Shown here: one piece after another, positions 48,118-55,536 of the stretch
Layout: each line of letters starts with the position of its first letter
Numbering within the stretch: the first letter of the stretch is position 1
DNA from: Candidatus Berkelbacteria bacterium
GTDB taxonomy: Bacteria; Patescibacteriota; UBA1384; CAILIB01
Assembly (NCBI GenBank): GCA_043751595.1
Contig: JAYUZR010000020.1
Span: 336-64,335, forward strand
Direction: 5' to 3'
DNA: 64,000 nt
The notes under the pieces: model-generated
What the model saw: the letters and a program-made list of their open reading frames with translations, nothing else
Told to the model about the DNA's origin: nothing
The model's database searches: none
Made by a program: the position numbers and the translations under genes

Positions 48118-48921
48118 ATGAAATCTACCACCGCCCAATCCGCCATCCTCACCTACGCTATTAACATTAGCGTCATCGCCCTGGTCTGCCTGGCCACCCT
48201 TGGCGTAACCGCCCTCGCCCTGGCCAATAAAGTAAGTGGCAACAAAAGAACGTCTACAGGAGCTGTTCTTACCGTGCAAAAGAAGGAGTTTAAGATTGTA
48301 AGCGCAACTTCTGGAACGGTGAGCAAGGTAGTGGCCAAGTCTGGAACCTTTGTAAAAAAGGGAGATCTTTTGGCCGAAACCGTGAATGAGATTCGCGATC
48401 GCCAGATTACTGTTCTTGAGAGCTTTGGCAATGCCAATGCCTCGGCCCAGACCCAGCTCGTACAGCTACAGATTGAGAAGGAAAAAGAAAAGATTTACGC
48501 CCCAACCACTGGCGTACTGGCCAACATTGATCAAGAAGGCGAGTACATCTGGCCACAGCAACAGGTAGGGCTTATCTATGCCGCCGAAGGAGTAGTCCTT
48601 ACCGCTAGCATTACGGCAGATGATTTTAAACTACTCCAGCAGCACACCGGGCCATTAAACCTTACCCAGTCCCGGCTTGAGCGCGATTACCAGGTAAACT
48701 TTGTCGGCAGTCGCACCGCCCTTACTAATGCCGAGTACCAAGAAAGTAAGATTGGGGCTGAGTTTTCTTTTGTAGATCCAGCCGACGCCGTTAATATGCT
48801 ACAAAACGAAAAACTTAAGCTCGATCTTACCCAGCTACACGACGATAGCCAGAACCGCCCATTCCAGGTAGTGCTTGATTGGTACGATAGTTTACTTACC
48901 AAGCTTGGGGCGGACCAGTAG
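48118..48921 (+). CDS. HlyD-like periplasmic adaptor (biotin-lipoyl-like barrel) protein
   Basis: N-terminal TM, KSGTFVKKGDLLAE lipoyl-like motif and a coiled-coil-like middle region. Confidence 0.5.
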   Translation: MKSTTAQSAILTYAINISVIALVCLATLGVTALALANKVSGNKRTSTGAVLTVQKKEFKIVSATSGTVSKVVAKSGTFVKKGDLLAETVNEIRDRQITVLESFGNANASAQTQLVQLQIEKEKEKIYAPTTGVLANIDQEGEYIWPQQQVGLIYAAEGVVLTASITADDFKLLQQHTGPLNLTQSRLERDYQVNFVGSRTALTNAEYQESKIGAEFSFVDPADAVNMLQNEKLKLDLTQLHDDSQNRPFQVVLDWYDSLLTKLGADQ

Positions 48922-48996
48922 CAGTTTGCAGAGTTTCTTTCTGCTGGAGCCTAGTTTTTTACAAGTCGCTTTAAGGCTGTTGTATCGGTAAATGAT

Positions 48997-49017
48997 ATAT
49001 ATCACTATGTGATATAT
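48997..49017. promoter_or_regulatory. Candidate PadR operator: 9-bp inverted repeat ATATATCAC-TAT-GTGATATAT overlapping the padR start codon
   Basis: Perfect inverted repeat read directly. ATG at 49016. Confidence 0.45.
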
Positions 49018-49300
49018 GAATCAGTTTATCTCACCCTCATTCCTTGTTCTTTCCGCCTTAGTCGACGGCGATAAGCATGGCTACGCCATCATGCAGTGGG
49101 TCGCTGCTAAAACCGAGGACAGCATTCACCTCGGCCCTGCCAGTCTCTACACCACTATCCGCAAACTTGAGCATTCAGGACTCATCTGCGAAGTCCCTGA
49201 TTCTGACCCGAAGCGCCGAACCTACCACTGCACCGATCTTGGCCAAAGCACGCTTGAGCAAGAGATGAAAACTGCCTTACTTCTTTTTAAGGCATCATGA
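49016..49300 (+). CDS. PadR family transcriptional regulator
   Basis: GYAIMQ...LYTTIRKLEHSGLI...RRTYHCTDLG winged-helix motifs. Confidence 0.75.
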   Translation: MNQFISPSFLVLSALVDGDKHGYAIMQWVAAKTEDSIHLGPASLYTTIRKLEHSGLICEVPDSDPKRRTYHCTDLGQSTLEQEMKTALLLFKAS

Positions 49301-51003
49301 AATCAACTGATCTTACCCAGCAAAAAGAGCGCTCATTAAAAACACTTAGTTTTTTGGTCGGCCTCTACCCCCTCGCTTTTCAGGAACGACACGGGGAAGA
49401 AATGAAAGAGCACTACCACCAGACTATTTCTCAGGCGGCCAAGCACGGCGATAGCCTTATTCTTAGCGAACACTTCTTGGGCCTGCTCCTAGAACTTCCC
49501 GCCAGCCTTAGTACTGAGTGGTGGCATCACCTAGTATATAAAACCACTAGTACGCAAGAACGAGTCGCCATCAGTATCGAGTACAGCAAAAAGCCGAGCC
49601 TTGTCTGGGCAATTCTTGCCTGCATCTACTTTTATATCGGTCCGCAACTTTCTTCATTCACCTACTTTTTAGCCTTTCCTGGAGTGGATAGCGCTTCTAC
49701 CTTAGTATTTTGGCTACCGATTGTTATTTGGTGGATATCGCTCGGAGTGGCAACCTTCCGGTTTACCAAAAGGCTTTTCATTGGCTTTTTGGCACTCATT
49801 CCTCTTCCACTTATTCTTCTGGGGTATAGCACCCTCTTCCCGGTTGGAATCTATGGGTTTTTGGATGATAGCTTCTTCGCCCTGGCGTTTATCATTCAAT
49901 ACTTTTCCGTTTTCTTCATTTTTAAACACCCGGAACGGTTTAAGCGTAAAGACCTAAGTGCAGTAAGTGCGAAAGACAGTGAAAGCTACACTACCTTTAC
50001 AAAAACCCGAAGAAACCGCCGACTGATTACCTTTGGAGTTGTATTTGGCTTGATACTATTTGCCAATGGGATCGCCTATGGCGTAGATCAGGCCGTAGAG
50101 GTCACTCCAATCGAGCCACTGCTTATGTACGGTGCTGGGCAGTCTAGGATGTACTTAATGACTTCCATTGAGGATATTGCACCTAAGGATCGTGGTGAAA
50201 AGATTACTGACTACATCAATAGTCCTGCCGCTCTCCCAGTTCCGCAAGATGTACAGAAAGAAGTTAGCACTCGGTATGTCTCATCTAAAAAGGCACTGGA
50301 GATTCTAGATAGCGTCGCCCTGCGCTCATGGGACTTTGACCCTACAATCTCAATGGAACGCCCAAATGACTTTGCCGCTACTCTCTCAATGCAAGTTGTC
50401 TCATTGCATGGATTAGCCACCAATAACGCAGAAGATATTCACCTAGTCTTTTCTTGTCTTCAAAAGTACCTTTCTGCCCAGGGCAAGCTTGAGTTCGATT
50501 ACTTTTCTGGGACTAAACTCCTAGCCCGGCAGCTTGAGCAGTACCAGCTTATTTCAGCAAGTTTTACCCAAGAAGAACGCCAAGAAATAGTGGCGATTCT
50601 CACCAAGTTGCCCGATCTTCACCGAGCCTACTCCGCCGCCATTGCCCACGAATATCAGGTGCAAACTACGTGGGATTCTACTCTCGACTTTTACAAAACC
50701 CTGCGCTACATGCCGTATGTATTTATGCCAAATACCACTCATGCACGAGCGGCAAAGTTTTTTAAAGCAGCACAAGAGCGAATGCTAGCAGCGTGCACAC
50801 CAGAAGATGCGGTGGCACAGTTATCGATTCAAGATGGAAGTGGCTTCATGGAGTATAAGGTCTCAACCATTTTGACTCCAAATTCAATTGGAAACTGGAT
50901 GACAAGTGACCGAGTTCCCCCTTCGGCTGATACCTACCGGATTAACGGCAAGCGCAACTTATGTAGGGCGGAGGCAAAGTTAAACGAGGTACTTAAGAGT
51001 TAA
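49297..51003 (+). CDS. PadR-associated multi-TM membrane protein (hypothetical)
   Basis: 568 aa, 4-nt overlap with padR. Central hydrophobic block. Confidence 0.55.
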   Translation: MKSTDLTQQKERSLKTLSFLVGLYPLAFQERHGEEMKEHYHQTISQAAKHGDSLILSEHFLGLLLELPASLSTEWWHHLVYKTTSTQERVAISIEYSKKPSLVWAILACIYFYIGPQLSSFTYFLAFPGVDSASTLVFWLPIVIWWISLGVATFRFTKRLFIGFLALIPLPLILLGYSTLFPVGIYGFLDDSFFALAFIIQYFSVFFIFKHPERFKRKDLSAVSAKDSESYTTFTKTRRNRRLITFGVVFGLILFANGIAYGVDQAVEVTPIEPLLMYGAGQSRMYLMTSIEDIAPKDRGEKITDYINSPAALPVPQDVQKEVSTRYVSSKKALEILDSVALRSWDFDPTISMERPNDFAATLSMQVVSLHGLATNNAEDIHLVFSCLQKYLSAQGKLEFDYFSGTKLLARQLEQYQLISASFTQEERQEIVAILTKLPDLHRAYSAAIAHEYQVQTTWDSTLDFYKTLRYMPYVFMPNTTHARAAKFFKAAQERMLAACTPEDAVAQLSIQDGSGFMEYKVSTILTPNSIGNWMTSDRVPPSADTYRINGKRNLCRAEAKLNEVLKS

Positions 51004-51991
51004 GCAGCCTTCTCAGTGCCTCAAGCCGTTGCTCATAATACCCCCTAAAAACTCCCTCTTCGCGGCGTAATAACTCAGCGCCAGTACCCAACCGCTCGCG
51101 CTCAAGGTTGCCGAGCGACCAAACAAGATCGGCAATTCTGGAGCCTAGATCGTGAACAGTGATCCTCGCTTGCAAATAGGGATCTGCATGACGCTCCTCA
51201 TACGCCGCGAGAAAGCCCTCTTTAAACTCGGAACTAACATGATTAACCGTAAAGAGAAACGATAACTCAGCCGCAGGGTCACCATACTCCGACTCACTCC
51301 AATCGATGAAGGTAATACCCTGGTCGTGCCACAGCACGTTCCCGGGATTGGGGTCGCCGTGTAGGAGTGCAAAGGAAGAGCCTGCAAAGGCTCTAGCATT
51401 CTGCTGAATATGCTCTTCATACCTAGTAATAGCACGATTCAACAACTGAGCCGCCTCAGAGTAATGCTCCAGATTAACCTTACCTAGAGGAGTTATCACC
51501 CAGGTTTGGTGCGCTGCCTTAGCCGCATCTAAGTAGGTTCCTTCTTGGTGCGGAGTACCGGGAGACGGAGAAAAGGTAGGGCTACGTTGAGCGTGAATAT
51601 CGGCCAGCACTCCAGCTAAGGCCTGTACATGCTCCTTAGGCATGGCATCGTATGAGCGGTGCTCACCTGGGATAAACTCCATCAACAAAAAGGAACCTGG
51701 AAGAAAGTCAGGATTACCGAGATGGTACACTCTGGGAGCCAGTACACCATCTAGAACCTTAAGCCTTGTATGCTCATGCACGATCACATCCACCCCATCC
51801 TCTTGAGGGGTTGGATAAAACCGCAGTACGTGCGAAGGGCGCTCATCACCTTTGAAGTGGACTGAGTAGTTTACATTGTGATGCCCACCACTTAGCCGAT
51901 TAAGTTGGAACGGCGCATGGGTATCGCGTCCGAAAACGGAAGGATGAAGTCCAGAAAGATGATCAGAGAGCTGAGTGAGGAGTTCGGACAT
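50993..51991 (-). CDS. Aminoglycoside-phosphotransferase (APH)/protein-kinase-like phosphotransferase
   Basis: LLHGDPNPGNVLW (the HGDxxxxN motif) and IDWSESEYGD. Start moved to MSELLTQL. Confidence 0.65.
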   Translation of the reverse strand: MSELLTQLSDHLSGLHPSVFGRDTHAPFQLNRLSGGHHNVNYSVHFKGDERPSHVLRFYPTPQEDGVDVIVHEHTRLKVLDGVLAPRVYHLGNPDFLPGSFLLMEFIPGEHRSYDAMPKEHVQALAGVLADIHAQRSPTFSPSPGTPHQEGTYLDAAKAAHQTWVITPLGKVNLEHYSEAAQLLNRAITRYEEHIQQNARAFAGSSFALLHGDPNPGNVLWHDQGITFIDWSESEYGDPAAELSFLFTVNHVSSEFKEGFLAAYEERHADPYLQARITVHDLGSRIADLVWSLGNLERERLGTGAELLRREEGVFRGYYEQRLEALRRLLNS

Positions 51992-52127
51992 ACTGACAGG
52001 ATAGCAAATACTAGAGACGACTTCACTAGATGCAACCCAATAAAACCTGTAATACTTGCACCATGCACACACCCTCTTACGAAATTGAGGCGAATTACGT
52101 GGCACCAAACTAATAAGTAGTATCGAA

Positions 52128-52703
52128 ATGGAAGAAGCACCAAACAAACTTGGAGAAGTCTTATTTGAAAATCGCACCATCTCGAGAAAGAGCAACGAAC
52201 TCCTACTTCAATACATCGCAATCACCGCATTTAGCGGACTCTTTGGCTTAGTATTCTCAGCGATAGTTGGCAGTAATTACTTGATTACAGGCCTCATTAC
52301 TATTTCGCCAATACTAGCGCTCGCACTGTATCAAAAACTCAGTGGAGGTTTTCGTACTTTCATTCTCTACGAGAAGGCCATTATTGACCTGCCCTCCGGC
52401 ACCATGACCACCGTTGATCGCATCACTGAGGTTCAGGTTTCTGTAGTTGCTGGTAGTAACTACAAAGTCCATATCATTACCGATACCGGTCGTGCTTCCT
52501 ATCCCTTGTATTGGGCGGGTGTTGATCCATTACAATCTGATGCCCTACAACAAAACCCTGGCTTAAAAAAGTTTGAAGTAGCACTAGAAAAACTTGGGTT
52601 TACCAAAGAGCCCTTTTATAGTTCGAGCGAAGCCGCACTAAGTCGGGTAACCCTTTTCCTCCTTAATCGTAAGGTTGTATATCGGTATAGACGGACCAAA
52701 TAA
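52128..52703 (+). CDS. Hypothetical membrane protein
   Basis: ORF with two TM. No recognised motif. Confidence 0.45.
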   Translation: MEEAPNKLGEVLFENRTISRKSNELLLQYIAITAFSGLFGLVFSAIVGSNYLITGLITISPILALALYQKLSGGFRTFILYEKAIIDLPSGTMTTVDRITEVQVSVVAGSNYKVHIITDTGRASYPLYWAGVDPLQSDALQQNPGLKKFEVALEKLGFTKEPFYSSSEAALSRVTLFLLNRKVVYRYRRTK

Positions 52704-52715
52704 GACCTCTCGAGA

Positions 52716-53366
52716 CTAGTTTTGTATCTCATCGTAGCTAGCCAGGTTTTCGCCGCTATACGCATCGATGTATACGCGCCAGTTAGTAAGCTTAATAAAC
52801 CACGCAAGGTGAGGAACCCCCTCGTAACGGATGAATACCTTTTGCGGATCATCCTTAACATCAGCTCGCACTACCGTATAGGTTTGAGGATGCTTATTAA
52901 TATCGTAGCGAACAAGCTCTTTTCCGATTAATGTATCGAGCGCCTGATCTGCCGAGATATCCGCCTTCGTTGGCGTTGTGCCCGGAATGCTTAGATAGCG
53001 CCCCGTCTGCACTATTGGCATCTTTGCCAGATCCTTTGGTACATCGACCATAAACTGGTTTTCAGCGATGGCAATACCTTGAAACCTAGCCTGATTAAAG
53101 GTTATCGAATATGCACTGCCGCCATCAAAAACCTTTACCAGCTCTACTTGATCAGCAGCTGGCACCGCACTTTCCTCGCCCTGAATAAGCGCCTGCTTTG
53201 CGGCAATAACCGATGATGCCTCATCGCGCTGCGCTACTTGCTTGGTCGCCACTGCAAGGGCAGCGGACTTCTGACTCTGCCGAGTAAGCGCGAACTGAAC
53301 AATAGTAAGTAGCCCCAAGATACTTACCACCACCAAAGAAACAAGCAAGCGATTAGTTGAGCGCAT
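52716..53366 (-). CDS. Hypothetical membrane-anchored protein
   Basis: N-terminal TM. No recognised motif. Confidence 0.45.
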   Translation of the reverse strand: MRSTNRLLVSLVVVSILGLLTIVQFALTRQSQKSAALAVATKQVAQRDEASSVIAAKQALIQGEESAVPAADQVELVKVFDGGSAYSITFNQARFQGIAIAENQFMVDVPKDLAKMPIVQTGRYLSIPGTTPTKADISADQALDTLIGKELVRYDINKHPQTYTVVRADVKDDPQKVFIRYEGVPHLAWFIKLTNWRVYIDAYSGENLASYDEIQN

Positions 53367-53441
53367 TATAATGCTTATAGTTGATGCGCTTATAGTACTA
53401 CTGCCATTTTGACAGGTAAATCAGACATCAGAAAAAGACAG

Positions 53442-54194
53442 TTAGAGTGATTGAGTAAGACTCAGTAGGACAGCATGAGTCGCTTGATTACCACCAATAA
53501 ACTCCCTGTCCTCGGCGCTAATATCTAGCGAACCATCAAAAGAAGTGAATACACCTCCCGCCTCCTCTAGAATAAGCTTACCGGCAAATTCAGGAAAAAC
53601 ATCTTTGGTGAGACTTAAAAATCCATCGTATCGGCCAGCTGCCGTCCAACAATAACTAACAGCAAAAGAGGCGGGGTTTCGGTAAGCAGAAAAGTGATGA
53701 ACAATATCCCAGCCCTTATCACCAGCAATAGTCCCCTCCTGTTTTTTACTGAGATTATAGACCACTTTTTTTGAGTCGCTAGAAACGTGAATAGGGCTGC
53801 CATTTAAGGTTGTACCCTTTCCTTTTTCGGCAACAAATAGTTCTTGCACCGAAGGATCGTACACAGCTGCGAAGACAGGCTCACCATTCTTTAAGTGACT
53901 AATAACACAAGCGTAGTGTGGGATGCCGGCAATAAAAGATGAGGCTCCGCTGATAGGATCGATCACCCAGACATCTTCATTGTCTTTGTACTGATCATGC
54001 TCTTCTTCGGCAAATATATGATGGTCTGGATATGTGCCGTGAATGAGCGTAACCAATTCTCGCTCAATACGCAGATCTTCTTCAGTTAAGTATTCTTTAA
54101 GAACGCCAATATCGGCTACGTTTCCGGTTTTGGTGAGTAGTCGTTTGCCCGAAACAACTAGCTGATCGATGAGGGTTTTGTAGAGGGAGTCCAT
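53442..54194 (-). CDS. Inositol monophosphatase family protein
   Basis: FAEEE and WVIDPISG motifs. Start at MDSLYK. Confidence 0.75.
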   Translation of the reverse strand: MDSLYKTLIDQLVVSGKRLLTKTGNVADIGVLKEYLTEEDLRIERELVTLIHGTYPDHHIFAEEEHDQYKDNEDVWVIDPISGASSFIAGIPHYACVISHLKNGEPVFAAVYDPSVQELFVAEKGKGTTLNGSPIHVSSDSKKVVYNLSKKQEGTIAGDKGWDIVHHFSAYRNPASFAVSYCWTAAGRYDGFLSLTKDVFPEFAGKLILEEAGGVFTSFDGSLDISAEDREFIGGNQATHAVLLSLTQSL

Positions 54195-54283
54195 GAGTAG
54201 ATGGTAGCAGAATAGGATCAACTCCACTTGACTAGTAGTGGCACAAAGTTAGTCTAGGCTCATGGAGATACATAACCAATCCC

Positions 54284-54997
54284 ATGAAATCACTCCATCC
54301 GCTCCAACTAGAAATCCTTCAGAAACTTCTTTTCTCCACTTCCCTTCGCTTTACCGACCTTAGACCAAACGAAGAAGTAGAGAATAATCAACTAGATTTT
54401 CATCTTCATAAGCTAATAGAGCTGAGCTACGTAGAAAAACGTGGCCTTGGATACGGCTTAACCTCACTTGGAAAGGAGTACGCCGGTAGAATCGATACAT
54501 CCAACCGACTTATCACTCGGCAAGGAAAGATTGGTGTCATTATTGGCTGTATTCGGGAGCGAAATGGCGAGAATGAGTTTCTTTTTTACACCCGCCTTAA
54601 GCAACCATTTTTTGAATGCCAGGGATTTCCTACCGGTAAGATCCAATTTGGCGAGAGCATTGTAGAAACGGCTGAACGAGAGTTATTTGAGGAAACCGGA
54701 TTAACCGGCAAGGCATCTGTTATTCAGCTTACCCATTATCGAGTACGAGCCATCGGTACCTCTGAGCTACTCGAGGATAAGTACTTATTCCTCTGCAAAG
54801 TGTCCGAGCCCGAAGGCGAGCTAATAGAGCGATCGGAAGAGGGCTTGTATTACTGGGTGAAGGAATCAGAAGTAGAAACAGTCATCACTAATCCCTTTGA
54901 TCCTATTGATGAATATCCGCGAGGAATTGAGCTACTTAAGAAAGATAATCCGATGGTTGAGATCATTGAGATTGAGCATGAGGGGAAGAAGTTTTAG
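54284..54997 (+). CDS. Winged-helix (MarR-like) plus NUDIX hydrolase fusion
   Basis: N-terminal wHTH, then Nudix box GKIQFGESIVETAERELFEETG. The stop codon abuts the 16-bp repeat. Confidence 0.7.
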   Translation: MKSLHPLQLEILQKLLFSTSLRFTDLRPNEEVENNQLDFHLHKLIELSYVEKRGLGYGLTSLGKEYAGRIDTSNRLITRQGKIGVIIGCIRERNGENEFLFYTRLKQPFFECQGFPTGKIQFGESIVETAERELFEETGLTGKASVIQLTHYRVRAIGTSELLEDKYLFLCKVSEPEGELIERSEEGLYYWVKESEVETVITNPFDPIDEYPRGIELLKKDNPMVEIIEIEHEGKKF

Positions 54998-55012
54998 GTC
55001 GGGGAAAGAGGA
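54997..55012. repeat. 16-bp direct repeat of the tRNA-Pro 3' end (GGTCGGGGAAAGAGGA); second copy at 55131-55146 inside the tRNA
   Basis: Exact 16-mer seen twice, 118 bp apart, in the same orientation. Confidence 0.7.
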
Positions 55013-55095
55013 AGTCGCGCTTCGCGCTCAACATTTCTCCATACTTCCTTAGTAGAAATGGTGAACCTTGGTTTCAAGCCTCGCTTCGCGACATA

Positions 55096-55127
55096 CCAAA
55101 AGAACCGCCGTTAGGCGGTTCTTTTGG
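55096..55127. terminator. Bidirectional terminator with perfect 14-bp stem
   Basis: CCAAAAGAACCGCC-GTTA-GGCGGTTCTTTTGG, immediately 3' of tRNA-Pro. Confidence 0.7.
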
Positions 55128-55129
55128 TA

Positions 55130-55206
55130 TGGTCGGGGAAAGAGGATTTGAACCTCCGATCTCCGGACCCCCAGCCCGGCGCACTAGGCCACTATGCTAT
55201 TCCCCG
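55130..55206 (-). tRNA. tRNA-Pro, anticodon GGG
   Basis: Reverse complement folds: acceptor CGGGGAA/TTCCCCG, D-stem GCAT/GTGC, anticodon stem CCGGG/TCCGG with loop CTGGGGG (G37), T-arm GGAGG-TTCAAAT-CCTCT, CCA encoded. Confidence 0.8.
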
Positions 55207-55536
55207 AGAGAGTGAGGCAGAAAAGTAAGCTAGCTTACTTTTTGCCGAGCGAATGAGGGGAGATATCGCGAAGCGATATTACCCGAATCTTAACTGGAGC
55301 ACTTACAAGGGGGATTCCGACATAAAGAAAGATGACCCCCTTTCCTCGTATGCGGCCTGGATCTAATTCCAGGTGGGTAACCTCACGCATAGCCCACGGG
55401 CTATGCAAATATTGGAATTCCCGTAGCGTTTGATGGTGACCACATACGAAGCGGTAGGTCGCTGGCATCCTACCTCCATCTGCCAGATATATCAAGCTTT
55501 CGCACACTGCTAAAAACTTGGTATACTCTCACGTAT

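Noticed and set aside
55235-55507. 90-aa minus-strand ORF in the hairpin-rich spacer
   Set aside because: It has no SD and no recognisable motif, and it is interrupted by palindromes. A small protein cannot be excluded, but there is no support.
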